Assembly: GCA_046581755.1 (NCBI GenBank)
Contig: JAYGFR010000185.1
Span: 1 to 16,322, forward strand
Direction of reading: 5' to 3'
Length of the DNA stretch: 16,322 bases
Origin: Nitrospinota bacterium
GTDB taxonomy: Bacteria; UBA8248
Of this stretch, positions 7,008-14,810 are shown piece after piece. Every line of letters begins with the position of its first letter. Within the stretch, counting starts at the first letter, position 1. A program made the position numbers and the translations under genes. The notes below the pieces were generated by a model. The model saw only the letters and a program-made list of their open reading frames with translations, was not told the origin of the DNA and did not search any database.

Positions 7008-8354
7008 TTGAGCGGGCTGGAGCGGCTCAGGGGGCTGAGAGAGGAGCGCCTCCGACGGACGGTGGCGCTTTGCGCGAAGGCCCACCCCTTCTATAGAGGG
7101 CGGTTCGAAGAAGAGGGAATCGACCCGGAGGGCATCCGGACCCTCGCCGATCTAGAGAAGCTTCCGCTGACGCAAAAGAGCGATTTCATGGACGATCCCG
7201 CCTCGTTTTCGCTCGACCCGGCCCTGGCGGGGGATCTTTCCTTCGAGGAGCGCACTCTCTGGAACATCGCCTATACGACCGGGACGACGAGCGGGCGGCC
7301 CTCGCCGTTTTTCAACACGACCCACGATCAGTATCACATCATGATGCAGGCGCGGGCCTGCAACGAGGCCGAAGGTCTTCGCCCGGGAGATTCGATCGCG
7401 AACCTCTACCCGCTCTCTCCGATGCCCCTGGGCGGGTACCTGTGCTGCGTGCGCTCGGCCGAGATCATGGGCCTTCCGAGCGTGAGCGCCCTGACGGGCA
7501 GACCGCACCCGGACTATCCGGTGCGCCGGAACCTGGATGAGGCCGTCGATGTCGTCGAGGCGGCGGGCGTCACGGTGATCTGGGGCGTGCCGAGTTTCGT
7601 GCGGCGGTTTCTGCGCCATGCCAGGGAGCGCGGGGCGCGGCTGGATCGGGTCCGCATGGTGTTGACCACGGGCGAGGCGGTGAGCGCGGGCCTGCGCGAG
7701 GAGTACATGGACCACCTCCGCCATTTCGGGGCGAAGGACCCCCAGGTGCGCGCCCGCTACGCGGCTACCGAGATGCAGGGCGGCCTCGTTCAGTGCTGCA
7801 ACGAGGCGCTGCCGCACAACATCGTGCCCGAGCTTTATTATCTCGAAGTGGTGGACCCCGAGACGGGGCGGCGCGTGCCCGAGGGCGGGGAGGGAAACAT
7901 CGCCCTCACCCATCTCCACCGGCGGGGGACGATCTTCCTGCGCTATCTGATCGGGGACCTCATCGCACTCCGCCTGGAGGAGTGTCCCCATTGCGGGCGC
8001 CTCGGGGAGCGCATCGTTGCGCCGCCGCGGCGCACGGGCGATCTGGTGAAGGTAAAGGGCATGCTGATCAACCCCGAAGCCATCTTCGAGCCGCTGTCGG
8101 CCGACCGGGGGATTCGCGAGTATCAACTGGTCATCCGGAAACGGGAGGCCGGCGATCCGGACTCGATGGACGAGTTCATTGTCCGAATCGAGGCCGACGA
8201 GAGCGAGCGCGAGCGGCTTGCCGGGGAGGTGCCGGCTATGGTTCAACGGGCGGTGATGGTCACCCCGCGGGTCGAGTTCGCCGCCGAGGGGGAGATTCAC
8301 GACCCCATGGAAAACGTCAAGGCCCGGCGGCTGGTGGATCTCAGGGCAAAATAA
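7008..8354 (+). CDS. Phenylacetate-CoA ligase (PaaK)-like AMP-forming ligase
   Basis: PFYR..DLEKLP, YTTGTTSGRP P-loop, TTGE, YAATE, LRYLIGD, CPHCGR, RTGDLVKVKG; TTG start immediately after the cytochrome c TAA (start uncertain). Confidence 0.85.
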   Translation: MSGLERLRGLREERLRRTVALCAKAHPFYRGRFEEEGIDPEGIRTLADLEKLPLTQKSDFMDDPASFSLDPALAGDLSFEERTLWNIAYTTGTTSGRPSPFFNTTHDQYHIMMQARACNEAEGLRPGDSIANLYPLSPMPLGGYLCCVRSAEIMGLPSVSALTGRPHPDYPVRRNLDEAVDVVEAAGVTVIWGVPSFVRRFLRHARERGARLDRVRMVLTTGEAVSAGLREEYMDHLRHFGAKDPQVRARYAATEMQGGLVQCCNEALPHNIVPELYYLEVVDPETGRRVPEGGEGNIALTHLHRRGTIFLRYLIGDLIALRLEECPHCGRLGERIVAPPRRTGDLVKVKGMLINPEAIFEPLSADRGIREYQLVIRKREAGDPDSMDEFIVRIEADESERERLAGEVPAMVQRAVMVTPRVEFAAEGEIHDPMENVKARRLVDLRAK

Positions 8355-8356
8355 GG

Positions 8357-8382
8357 CGCCCCGGAAGGAAGCCCCCGGGGCG
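8357..8382 (-). terminator. Hairpin between convergent genes, probable terminator of the ABC operon
   Basis: CGCCCCGG (8357-8364)/CCGGGGCG (8375-8382), followed on the - strand by CCTTATTTT. Confidence 0.55.
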
Positions 8383-8402
8383 GTTGCCGGTCCCGAAAAA
8401 AA

Positions 8403-9107
8403 TTACACCCCCAGATAACGCATCCGGGTTTCCCGGTCCTCGAGCAGGTCCGAAGAGGCCCCCTCCCAGCGGATAACGCCCTTTTCGATCATGTAGACCC
8501 GGCTGGTGATGGAGAGCGCCATCCGGAAGTTCTGCTCGACGAGCAGGAGAGCGATGCCCTTTTTCTGAATCTCGAGCAGGACCTCCTGGATGGTTTCGAT
8601 GTAGGCGGGCATCAGCCCTTCGGTCGGCTCGTCCACGAGCATGAGCTTGGGCTCGGTTCCGAGGCCGCGCGCCATGGTGAGCATCTGCTGCTCGCCGCCG
8701 CTGAGTTGATTGCCCTTGTTGGTGATGCGATCCTTGAGGGGGGGGAAGAGGCTGAAAATCCAGTCCAGGTGATCGTCGAGGTGCTTGGCTCCGTCGATCG
8801 GGAAGCGGCTGATCTTCAGGTTTTCGAATACCGTCAGATTGGTGAAGATTTGGCGGTCTTCGGGTATCCACGAGATACCGTTCAGGGCAACGGTATGGGC
8901 CTCCGACTCGGTGATATCCCGATCCTCCATCGTGATTTTGCCGCTTTGAGGCCGGAGAAGGCCCATGATGGTTTTCAAGGTGGTGGATTTTCCCGCCCCG
9001 TTCCGGCCAAGGAAGGCGACCGCTTCTCCTTTTCCCACGGAAAGACTCAAATCATGCAGAACGTGGCTCAGGCCGTAGTAGGTATTAATTTTTTCGACTT
9101 CGAGCAT
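8403..9107 (-). CDS. livF: LIV/HAAT ABC transporter ATP-binding subunit
   Basis: GRNGAGKST, LSGGEQQML, LVDEPTEGL, LVEQN; TAATG overlap with livG. Confidence 0.93.
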   Translation of the reverse strand: MLEVEKINTYYGLSHVLHDLSLSVGKGEAVAFLGRNGAGKSTTLKTIMGLLRPQSGKITMEDRDITESEAHTVALNGISWIPEDRQIFTNLTVFENLKISRFPIDGAKHLDDHLDWIFSLFPPLKDRITNKGNQLSGGEQQMLTMARGLGTEPKLMLVDEPTEGLMPAYIETIQEVLLEIQKKGIALLLVEQNFRMALSITSRVYMIEKGVIRWEGASSDLLEDRETRMRYLGV

Positions 9108-9841
9108 TATTCCCTCAGATAAACGCGCTGGACTTCCTCGTTCGCACGGATTTCCTCCACGGTTCCCTCGGCCAGGAATTCGCCGTTGTGAAGAACCGTG
9201 ATTTTGTCGGATATGCCCAGGACGACCTCCATGTCGTGTTCGACGAGAATGATCGTTAAAGGGTCGGCCAGGTCGCGGATAAATTGGCCCGTCTGCTGCG
9301 TTTCCTCCGGGCTCATCCCCGCGGTCGGCTCGTCGAGCAGGAGGATGGTGGGTTTCGTGGCGAGAGCGATGCCGATTTCCAGATACCGCTGCTCGCCGTG
9401 GGCCAGGGTTCCCGCCAGCTCGTTGATTTTGCCCGACAGGTTGATTTTTTCGATGATTTCGTCGGCCTCTTCGAACAATTCCTTGTGGTCGTTGACGCTG
9501 GTCCAGAAATTGAAGGTGGTTTTCCGCGATTGCGCGGCGATCCGGATATTTTCTCTTACGGTCAATTTGGAAAATATATTCGTGATCTGGTAGGTCCTTC
9601 CGATTCCCAGGTGAGAGCGCTCGTGGGATGCGGTTTTCCCGATGTCTTCTCCTTGAAAAATGATTTTTCCGCTGGTGGGAAGGAGGTCACCGGCAATCAT
9701 GTTGAAGAACGTCGTTTTTCCCGCGCCATTTGGCCCGATGATGGAGCGGAGTTCCCCGGGCTCGACGGAGTAGTTCACGCCGTTCACCGCGACGAGGCCC
9801 CCAAAATGCTTGCTGAGATCGATGGTTTCCAGAATTGCCAT
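9107..9841 (-). CDS. livG: LIV/HAAT ABC transporter ATP-binding subunit
   Basis: FGGLVAV, GPNGAGKTT, LLLDEPTAGM, VEHDM, VQRVYL. Confidence 0.93.
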   Translation of the reverse strand: MAILETIDLSKHFGGLVAVNGVNYSVEPGELRSIIGPNGAGKTTFFNMIAGDLLPTSGKIIFQGEDIGKTASHERSHLGIGRTYQITNIFSKLTVRENIRIAAQSRKTTFNFWTSVNDHKELFEEADEIIEKINLSGKINELAGTLAHGEQRYLEIGIALATKPTILLLDEPTAGMSPEETQQTGQFIRDLADPLTIILVEHDMEVVLGISDKITVLHNGEFLAEGTVEEIRANEEVQRVYLRE

Positions 9842-9854
9842 TTCGGATTTCCGT

Positions 9855-11090
9855 TTAACTCGAGGGCGGTGCGCCTTCGTCTTCTTTGAGACTTTCGAGG
9901 TGCCGTTTTGCGCGGTACTCCAGGGTGAGGGCCCGGATTGTCCCCAAAATGCCGTTCGGCACGAATAGCACGATCAGAATGAAGATGCCGCCGACCCAAG
10001 CCTCCCAATACTGGAAGACGTCGCCCAGGCAACCCCAATTCTCAATGCATATGATTTTGTATTTGACAAATTCAACGCTCATGAGTTGTCTCAGGTACCA
10101 ATAAATGAACGAGCCCACGAATGGCCCCAAGAATGTTCCGGCCCCGCCGAACAGCGTGATGATGACGATCTGCCCCGAGGTGACGAAGTGGATGTTTTCG
10201 ATCGGAACGGTTTCTCCGTAAATGATGGCGAGCGCCCCGGCCATGCCCGAAATCGCGCCGCTCAGCGTAAACGCCATCAAGCGCACCTTGACCACGTCGT
10301 ATCCGCATATTCTGGCGCGGTCTTCGTTTTCGCGCACCGCGCGCAATACCTGTCCGAAGGGGGAGCGAAGAATTTGCCATATGATCAGGACGAATACCGC
10401 CGTAAACAGGAAGACAAAGTAATAGGTCACATTGGCGTTCATGATTCCGACGCGGAGGCCGATGGAGCCCAGGCGCATGTTTTCGATTCCGCCCAGGCCG
10501 TCGGTCCCACCCGTGAGATCGTCGAAGGTTTGGGCGGCGTAGTAGAAAATCATGCTGATCGAGAGGGTGACCATGGCGAAATACACCCCTCTTTTGGCGC
10601 TGCATAATTTTCCGACCCCCCAGGCCACGAGGGTCGATACGATAAGGCAGGAAACAATTGAAATTTCAAGCGGGAGAGTTACGAAGATGTTTGTAATCCA
10701 AGCGGGGACCGGCGTTCCGGGCTTGAACCAGGCGTGCATCAACCCGACGGTATAGCCCCCGACCCCGAAGAAGGCGCAGTGGCCAAGGGACAGCATTCCC
10801 GTGTTGCCGAGGAGGATATTGAAGGCCATTCCGAAGAGGCTGTAGATGATGATTTGTATCATCAGCGGGGTGCTGGGCACGAACCCCCGTATTTCCGAGA
10901 GAACCATGGTGAGAAATTCATAATCCGTGTCTTCCAGCCAAAAGATGGCTCCGGTCAGGGCATCGAAAAAGAAAGGATATACGAGGAGGACTCCCCCCAA
11001 TATCAAAATCCCGTAGTTGTCGAAAATTTCGAAAAATTTGGCCAGGAGGTCTTTCCGGCTGGTCCGGTGAATCGGTGGAGCGGTTTCCAC
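9855..11090 (-). CDS. livM: LIV/HAAT ABC transporter permease
   Basis: GMLSLGHCAFFGVGGY, LTGGTDG, SPFGQVLRAVRENEDRA, FGGAGTFLGP; GTG start with GGAG upstream. Confidence 0.92.
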   Translation of the reverse strand: METAPPIHRTSRKDLLAKFFEIFDNYGILILGGVLLVYPFFFDALTGAIFWLEDTDYEFLTMVLSEIRGFVPSTPLMIQIIIYSLFGMAFNILLGNTGMLSLGHCAFFGVGGYTVGLMHAWFKPGTPVPAWITNIFVTLPLEISIVSCLIVSTLVAWGVGKLCSAKRGVYFAMVTLSISMIFYYAAQTFDDLTGGTDGLGGIENMRLGSIGLRVGIMNANVTYYFVFLFTAVFVLIIWQILRSPFGQVLRAVRENEDRARICGYDVVKVRLMAFTLSGAISGMAGALAIIYGETVPIENIHFVTSGQIVIITLFGGAGTFLGPFVGSFIYWYLRQLMSVEFVKYKIICIENWGCLGDVFQYWEAWVGGIFILIVLFVPNGILGTIRALTLEYRAKRHLESLKEDEGAPPSS

Positions 11091-11117
11091 GGCTAAAAAT
11101 TCTCCATCATTTGTTTT

Positions 11118-12098
11118 CTAGTCGAACGCGCCTTCTTGCCCGAAAAGCCCTCTTGGCCGCAGGAGCAGGATGAGCGCCATCACGATAAAGAGAAAGATAT
11201 CGGAGGCTTTTTCCCAGAAGTCGGGCCCGAAGGCCGTTCCCGTTAAATTTTGAACCACGAATTGGGTTCTGCCGATCAGGGGGGTGAGCGCCCATAATTG
11301 CCCCAGTATCAGCCCCCCGATAACAGGGCCGATGAAACTCCCCATTCCGCCCACGACGACGACGATGAAAGTTTGCACGAGGATCAGCTCGCCCATCGTG
11401 GCGTCCACCGAGTAAAGCGGCGAAATCATAATTCCCGAAAAACCGGCCAGCGCAATTCCGAGCCCGAAGGTTTGGCGCCAAATTTTCGAAACATTGATTC
11501 CCAGAACTTTTACCATGGTGTTGTTGTTCGTTCCCGCGCGAATCATCATCCCCAGATTCGTCCGGTAGATCAGCAGCCAAAGGAGCAGGACCAGGATGGC
11601 GGTCGTAACGATGATGAAACTTCGATACGCGCTGATGTCCAGCATGCCGGATTTGAGGATGGAAAATTGAAACATGGGGGGAATATTCAACGGCCTACCG
11701 GTCCGCCCCCATATCATGCGAACGAAATCCGGAAGAAAAATCGACATGCCGAACATGATCAGGACGCCGGAAAACCGCTCGTTTTCCGTGTTGTAAATCC
11801 GGCTGACGACATATTTTTCCAATATGGTTCCGATGAAGTACAACGCGATCGGAACCACAATCAAGGCGGCGATAAAAGAGACGTTCGGGCCAAGAATGGA
11901 GGACATCGAGCTGACGACCGTATATCCGACAAAGGCCCCCAACATGTAAAAAACGCCATGCCCGAAATTGATGATTCCCATCAGGCCGAAGATGATGGAA
12001 AGGCCAAGGGCGAGCAGGACCCAGAAGGAGCCCTGCACGAGCCCCAGGAAAAGGTGCTGAATGAATTCGGAAAGTTCGACTCCGCCGGTTGTAGGCAA
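11118..12098 (-). CDS. livH: LIV/HAAT ABC transporter permease
   Basis: LALGLSIIFGLMGIINFGHG, RTNLGMMIRA, VVVVGGMGS, LLLRPRGLFG; TTG start after GAGAGGG (start uncertain). Confidence 0.92.
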   Translation of the reverse strand: MPTTGGVELSEFIQHLFLGLVQGSFWVLLALGLSIIFGLMGIINFGHGVFYMLGAFVGYTVVSSMSSILGPNVSFIAALIVVPIALYFIGTILEKYVVSRIYNTENERFSGVLIMFGMSIFLPDFVRMIWGRTGRPLNIPPMFQFSILKSGMLDISAYRSFIIVTTAILVLLLWLLIYRTNLGMMIRAGTNNNTMVKVLGINVSKIWRQTFGLGIALAGFSGIMISPLYSVDATMGELILVQTFIVVVVGGMGSFIGPVIGGLILGQLWALTPLIGRTQFVVQNLTGTAFGPDFWEKASDIFLFIVMALILLLRPRGLFGQEGAFD

Positions 12099-12184
12099 AA
12101 CAAAGCCCTCTCTTCAATGGTCCATTTTACAGCTGGGTGCTGGCTTGGGGTGGATCTCTGCCGGTCCGGTTATAGGCGAGGATG

Positions 12185-12226
12185 AAGAAAAAGACCAGGG
12201 TGGCCGTCTTGCGGCCACCCTGGTCT
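12185..12226 (-). terminator. Intra-operon terminator/stabilising stem-loop after the binding-protein gene
   Basis: Perfect 15-bp IR AGACCAGGGTGGCCG (12192-12206)/CGGCCACCCTGGTCT (12212-12226), followed on the - strand by TTTTCTT. Confidence 0.85.
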
Positions 12227-12237
12227 GCAATGATCGA

Positions 12238-13536
12238 TTAGCCGCTAGTTCTGGTTTTGCTGGCTGGCTCGGACGCGTTCAGGCCTTTTCCCGCGCACGA
12301 AACGGTGTTCGCCTCGCCCCCCGAACTGCCGATCACCTCCAGATGGTCGAACTTGTCCTTCATTTCCGACTTGGATTTGCCCCTCACGACAAACACTTCG
12401 GAAATGCAAACGTGATCGCAGGGCCGAACGGTGCACTTCCCCTTGCTGTACTGGAAGGTCTTGCCTTCGAGGAACCTTGCGAGCTTGAAATGATCCTTGG
12501 GCTTGTACAGATTCGTTTCGCGGGCCGTATCGAGAATCAGGCGGGTCAGATCGTGCGCCAGCATGCCGTAGCTCGAGCAGGGGCGCTTTCTCCTTGCGAG
12601 GAACTTTTCGTTCAGTATCTTCGCGTTCGGATATTTGCTGCCCAAGCTCGGGTGCCACATCATGGCGGCGTTGAGTCCGTGATAAGAGCCGAGCCCGGCG
12701 GCCTCGGGCATCGTGATCTCGGTGGCGCCGATGATAATTTTTATTTTCTTGTCCAGTCCGGCCTCCCGCATCTGCTTGATGAACGCCACCTGCCTCGCTC
12801 CCCAATTCAGGGCATACAGGATATCGGGCTTTTCCTTGAGAATTCTCGGGAAGGTGGCCGAATAATCCTGCGAGGTCGGAAACGGCACCCACGAGATGGA
12901 ACGGTTTTCGTCCCAATCCAGGCCGAAGTCCTTCGTTAGTTTTTTGAACGCGGGGACGAACATCTTGGGCCAGATGTAGTCGTCGAAGAGGCAGTGGATT
13001 TTCTTGCCCAGATTGTTCTTCGCGATGTAGGAAATGGAGCTCGCTGCAAGCTGGTAGGGCGTTGTATTGGCCGTGAAGAAAAGAGGAGACATCTTCTTCG
13101 CGTTGCCCGGCGTCGCGATAATGTGCTGCGGGTAGTTCGCATAGATGATCTTGCGCTTTTTGGAGAAACCGTTCAGGCGCATCTCCTCGGGCCCCACCAT
13201 CGAGCCGGCCAGAAAATCGACGCGGTGATTGTCGAGGAGGTCGAGGGCGTGGACCGTTACCTGATCCCACTTGAACTGATCGTCCCGGAAGAGGAGTTTG
13301 ACCTGTCGGCCGTCAATCCCGCCTTCTTTGTTGATGTCTTCAATGGCGATTTTGACGCCCTCGACCTGGTCGAAAGCCTCCGTGGAGTAGGGGCCCGTCG
13401 TGGGATGGATGGAGCCCCACTTGATCGGCCGGGCGCCAAGGCCCTCCGTGAGGAACGGTGGAGCCGTCTGCGAGGCGATGACGCCTCCGATGAGCGCCGC
13501 GCCTTTCAGGAACGATCTTCGGTTGTGTTTACTCAT
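12238..13536 (-). CDS. LivJ/K-type (PBP1) substrate-binding protein with twin-arginine signal
   Basis: NRRSFLKG Tat motif; TGPYS, AIEDINKEGGIDGRQVKL..DDQ, DYIW, QDYS; first gene of the operon; SD AGGAGG. Confidence 0.92.
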   Translation of the reverse strand: MSKHNRRSFLKGAALIGGVIASQTAPPFLTEGLGARPIKWGSIHPTTGPYSTEAFDQVEGVKIAIEDINKEGGIDGRQVKLLFRDDQFKWDQVTVHALDLLDNHRVDFLAGSMVGPEEMRLNGFSKKRKIIYANYPQHIIATPGNAKKMSPLFFTANTTPYQLAASSISYIAKNNLGKKIHCLFDDYIWPKMFVPAFKKLTKDFGLDWDENRSISWVPFPTSQDYSATFPRILKEKPDILYALNWGARQVAFIKQMREAGLDKKIKIIIGATEITMPEAAGLGSYHGLNAAMMWHPSLGSKYPNAKILNEKFLARRKRPCSSYGMLAHDLTRLILDTARETNLYKPKDHFKLARFLEGKTFQYSKGKCTVRPCDHVCISEVFVVRGKSKSEMKDKFDHLEVIGSSGGEANTVSCAGKGLNASEPASKTRTSG

Positions 13537-13560
13537 TTGGGTCAGCCCTCCTATCTTCCG

Positions 13561-13600
13561 GTTGCGGTCAGTTGTGATTAGTTGCTGTCAGTTACGGTGA
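13561..13600. repeat. Four degenerate 10-bp tandem repeats in the binding-protein leader
   Basis: GTTGCGGTCA GTTGTGATTA GTTGCTGTCA GTTACGGTGA. Confidence 0.7.
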
Positions 13601-13768
13601 AATTACCTCCTTGCCCGGAAGGACGCGTATCCGGCCCCGAAAGATGCGTATCGGTTCCGAATCTTCCGAAAAATCTGAAAATTCCATATTCATTGTCCAG
13701 ACGAAAAAACCGCCACTAAAATCACAAGGTCGGTTCTTGTAATTCTTAAAATATGATGTCCGGCACAA

Positions 13769-13797
13769 AATATAGAGAGCCGCCCCGGTGATGTCAA
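13769..13797 (-). promoter_or_regulatory. Sigma70-type promoter of the ABC operon
   Basis: - strand TTGACA (13797-13792), 17-nt spacer, TATATT (13774-13769). Confidence 0.75.
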
Positions 13798-14232
13798 GAG
13801 GATTCATTCACTAAAATATCTTATATCGGTTATTTTTGCTACGCACACAACTATCTATTTTATAGAACAACGAAGAAAGAAAAAAAGTTCATTGCCAGAG
13901 AAAATATTATAGAATTTTTTAAATTGAAAAGGGCAGACGGCCTTCGACGGATGTCTCGGGGCAAACCCCCAAAGGAGTTTTCTATGTCTCCCTTTCGAGA
14001 CAACTCTCAAGCAGCTCCGGAATTGCTGGCCGGTTGGAATGGATGCAACCTGAAAAAATGGATGCGACCAGAAAAGAGGCTCCATTGCATCCGTCCGAAC
14101 CCGGAACTCCTCCGATTCGGTTGACCCGTGCCCCCCCGGTTGGAACTGTGGTATATGCTCCTGAAAGGAGCATGGAATTATCCCGCCGAATTATATTATA
14201 TTTTCCGGCGACTTGTTCTGGGAGAGTACTGG

Positions 14233-14661
14233 ATATTTTTAAAGATACACCATATTGGGGTGGTGACAGACAATCTGGAGCGGACGAAAAAACTTTTCGT
14301 TGAAAAGTTGGGTTGCGAGCCGAACCGCATCTAGGAGGCGGACACGGGTTGGGCGAAGGTGATTTTTCTTCGCATGGGAGATGTCGAGATGGAATTCACC
14401 GAGCCCTACGATCCGGAGAACTACTACACGAAGCTGCTCGAGAAAAACGGCACCTGCTTCTCTCATGTTGCTTTTTCGGTCGATGACACCGGGCGGGCTG
14501 GACGCCACTTCGTGGGAAAAGGGGTGAAATTTCTCGAAGGATTCGGCCCCGGCATCTATACTCCCCGGGGATATGAAATCCTCTTTCTGGATCCGGACGA
14601 GACCGAGGGTTTGATGATACAGGTCGCCTCCGATATTCCCGCCAAAGACATGGGTTATTAA
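14233..14661 (+). pseudogene. VOC/methylmalonyl-CoA epimerase-like gene with ATA start and in-frame TAG
   Basis: ORFs 14128..14334 and 14359..14661 share a frame: KIHHIGVVTDNL..RI*EADTGWAKVIFL..EFTEP..SHVAFSVDD..FLDP; GGAGAG 6 nt before ATA 14233; TAG at 14332-14334. Confidence 0.8.
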
Positions 14662-14720
14662 ATCCAACGTGCTAGGCTAATCCCTTCGCAGGTAGGTTCG
14701 ACTCCCACGCATTTCTGCCA
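14660..14720 (+). tRNA. selC: 3' half of tRNA-Sec (fragment; att site of an integrative element)
   Basis: AAA-TCCAA (anticodon loop end and 3' stem), 24-nt variable arm, GTAGG-TTCGACT-CCCAC T-arm, 8-nt acceptor strand GCATTTCT, G discriminator, CCA; 5' half absent. Confidence 0.8.
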
Positions 14721-14724
14721 ATTA

Positions 14725-14737
14725 AATCAATATCTTG
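14725..14737 (+). promoter_or_regulatory. IHF binding site in att arm
   Basis: AATCAATATCTTG matches WATCAANNNNTTR exactly. Confidence 0.7.
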
Positions 14738-14788
14738 TATTCCCGATCCCAACCCCCGGCGGGCCCTCTCCGCCGCGAGGGGCAAAAT

Positions 14789-14806
14789 TGTCCGATAAAT
14801 GTCCGA
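14789..14806. repeat. Putative integrase arm-type sites (TGTCCGA x2, 11-bp period)
   Basis: aaatTGTCCGAtaaaTGTCCGA between the tRNA fragment and integrase stop. Confidence 0.55.
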
Positions 14807-14810
14807 GTTC

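Noticed and set aside
13561..13600. CRISPR-like array
   Set aside because: Units are 10 bp, degenerate and spacerless; no cas genes in the window
13957..13975. GGCAAACC resembling a c-di-GMP-I riboswitch
   Set aside because: The downstream GNRA/GGGACGCAAAG and P2 elements are not present
13855..14303. Short ORFs of 63-89 aa in the intergenic region
   Set aside because: No recognisable domains, poor start context and mutually overlapping frames
14600..14720. Intact tRNA gene or suppressor for the nearby TAG
   Set aside because: No 5' acceptor strand, D-arm or anticodon; upstream sequence is protein-coding
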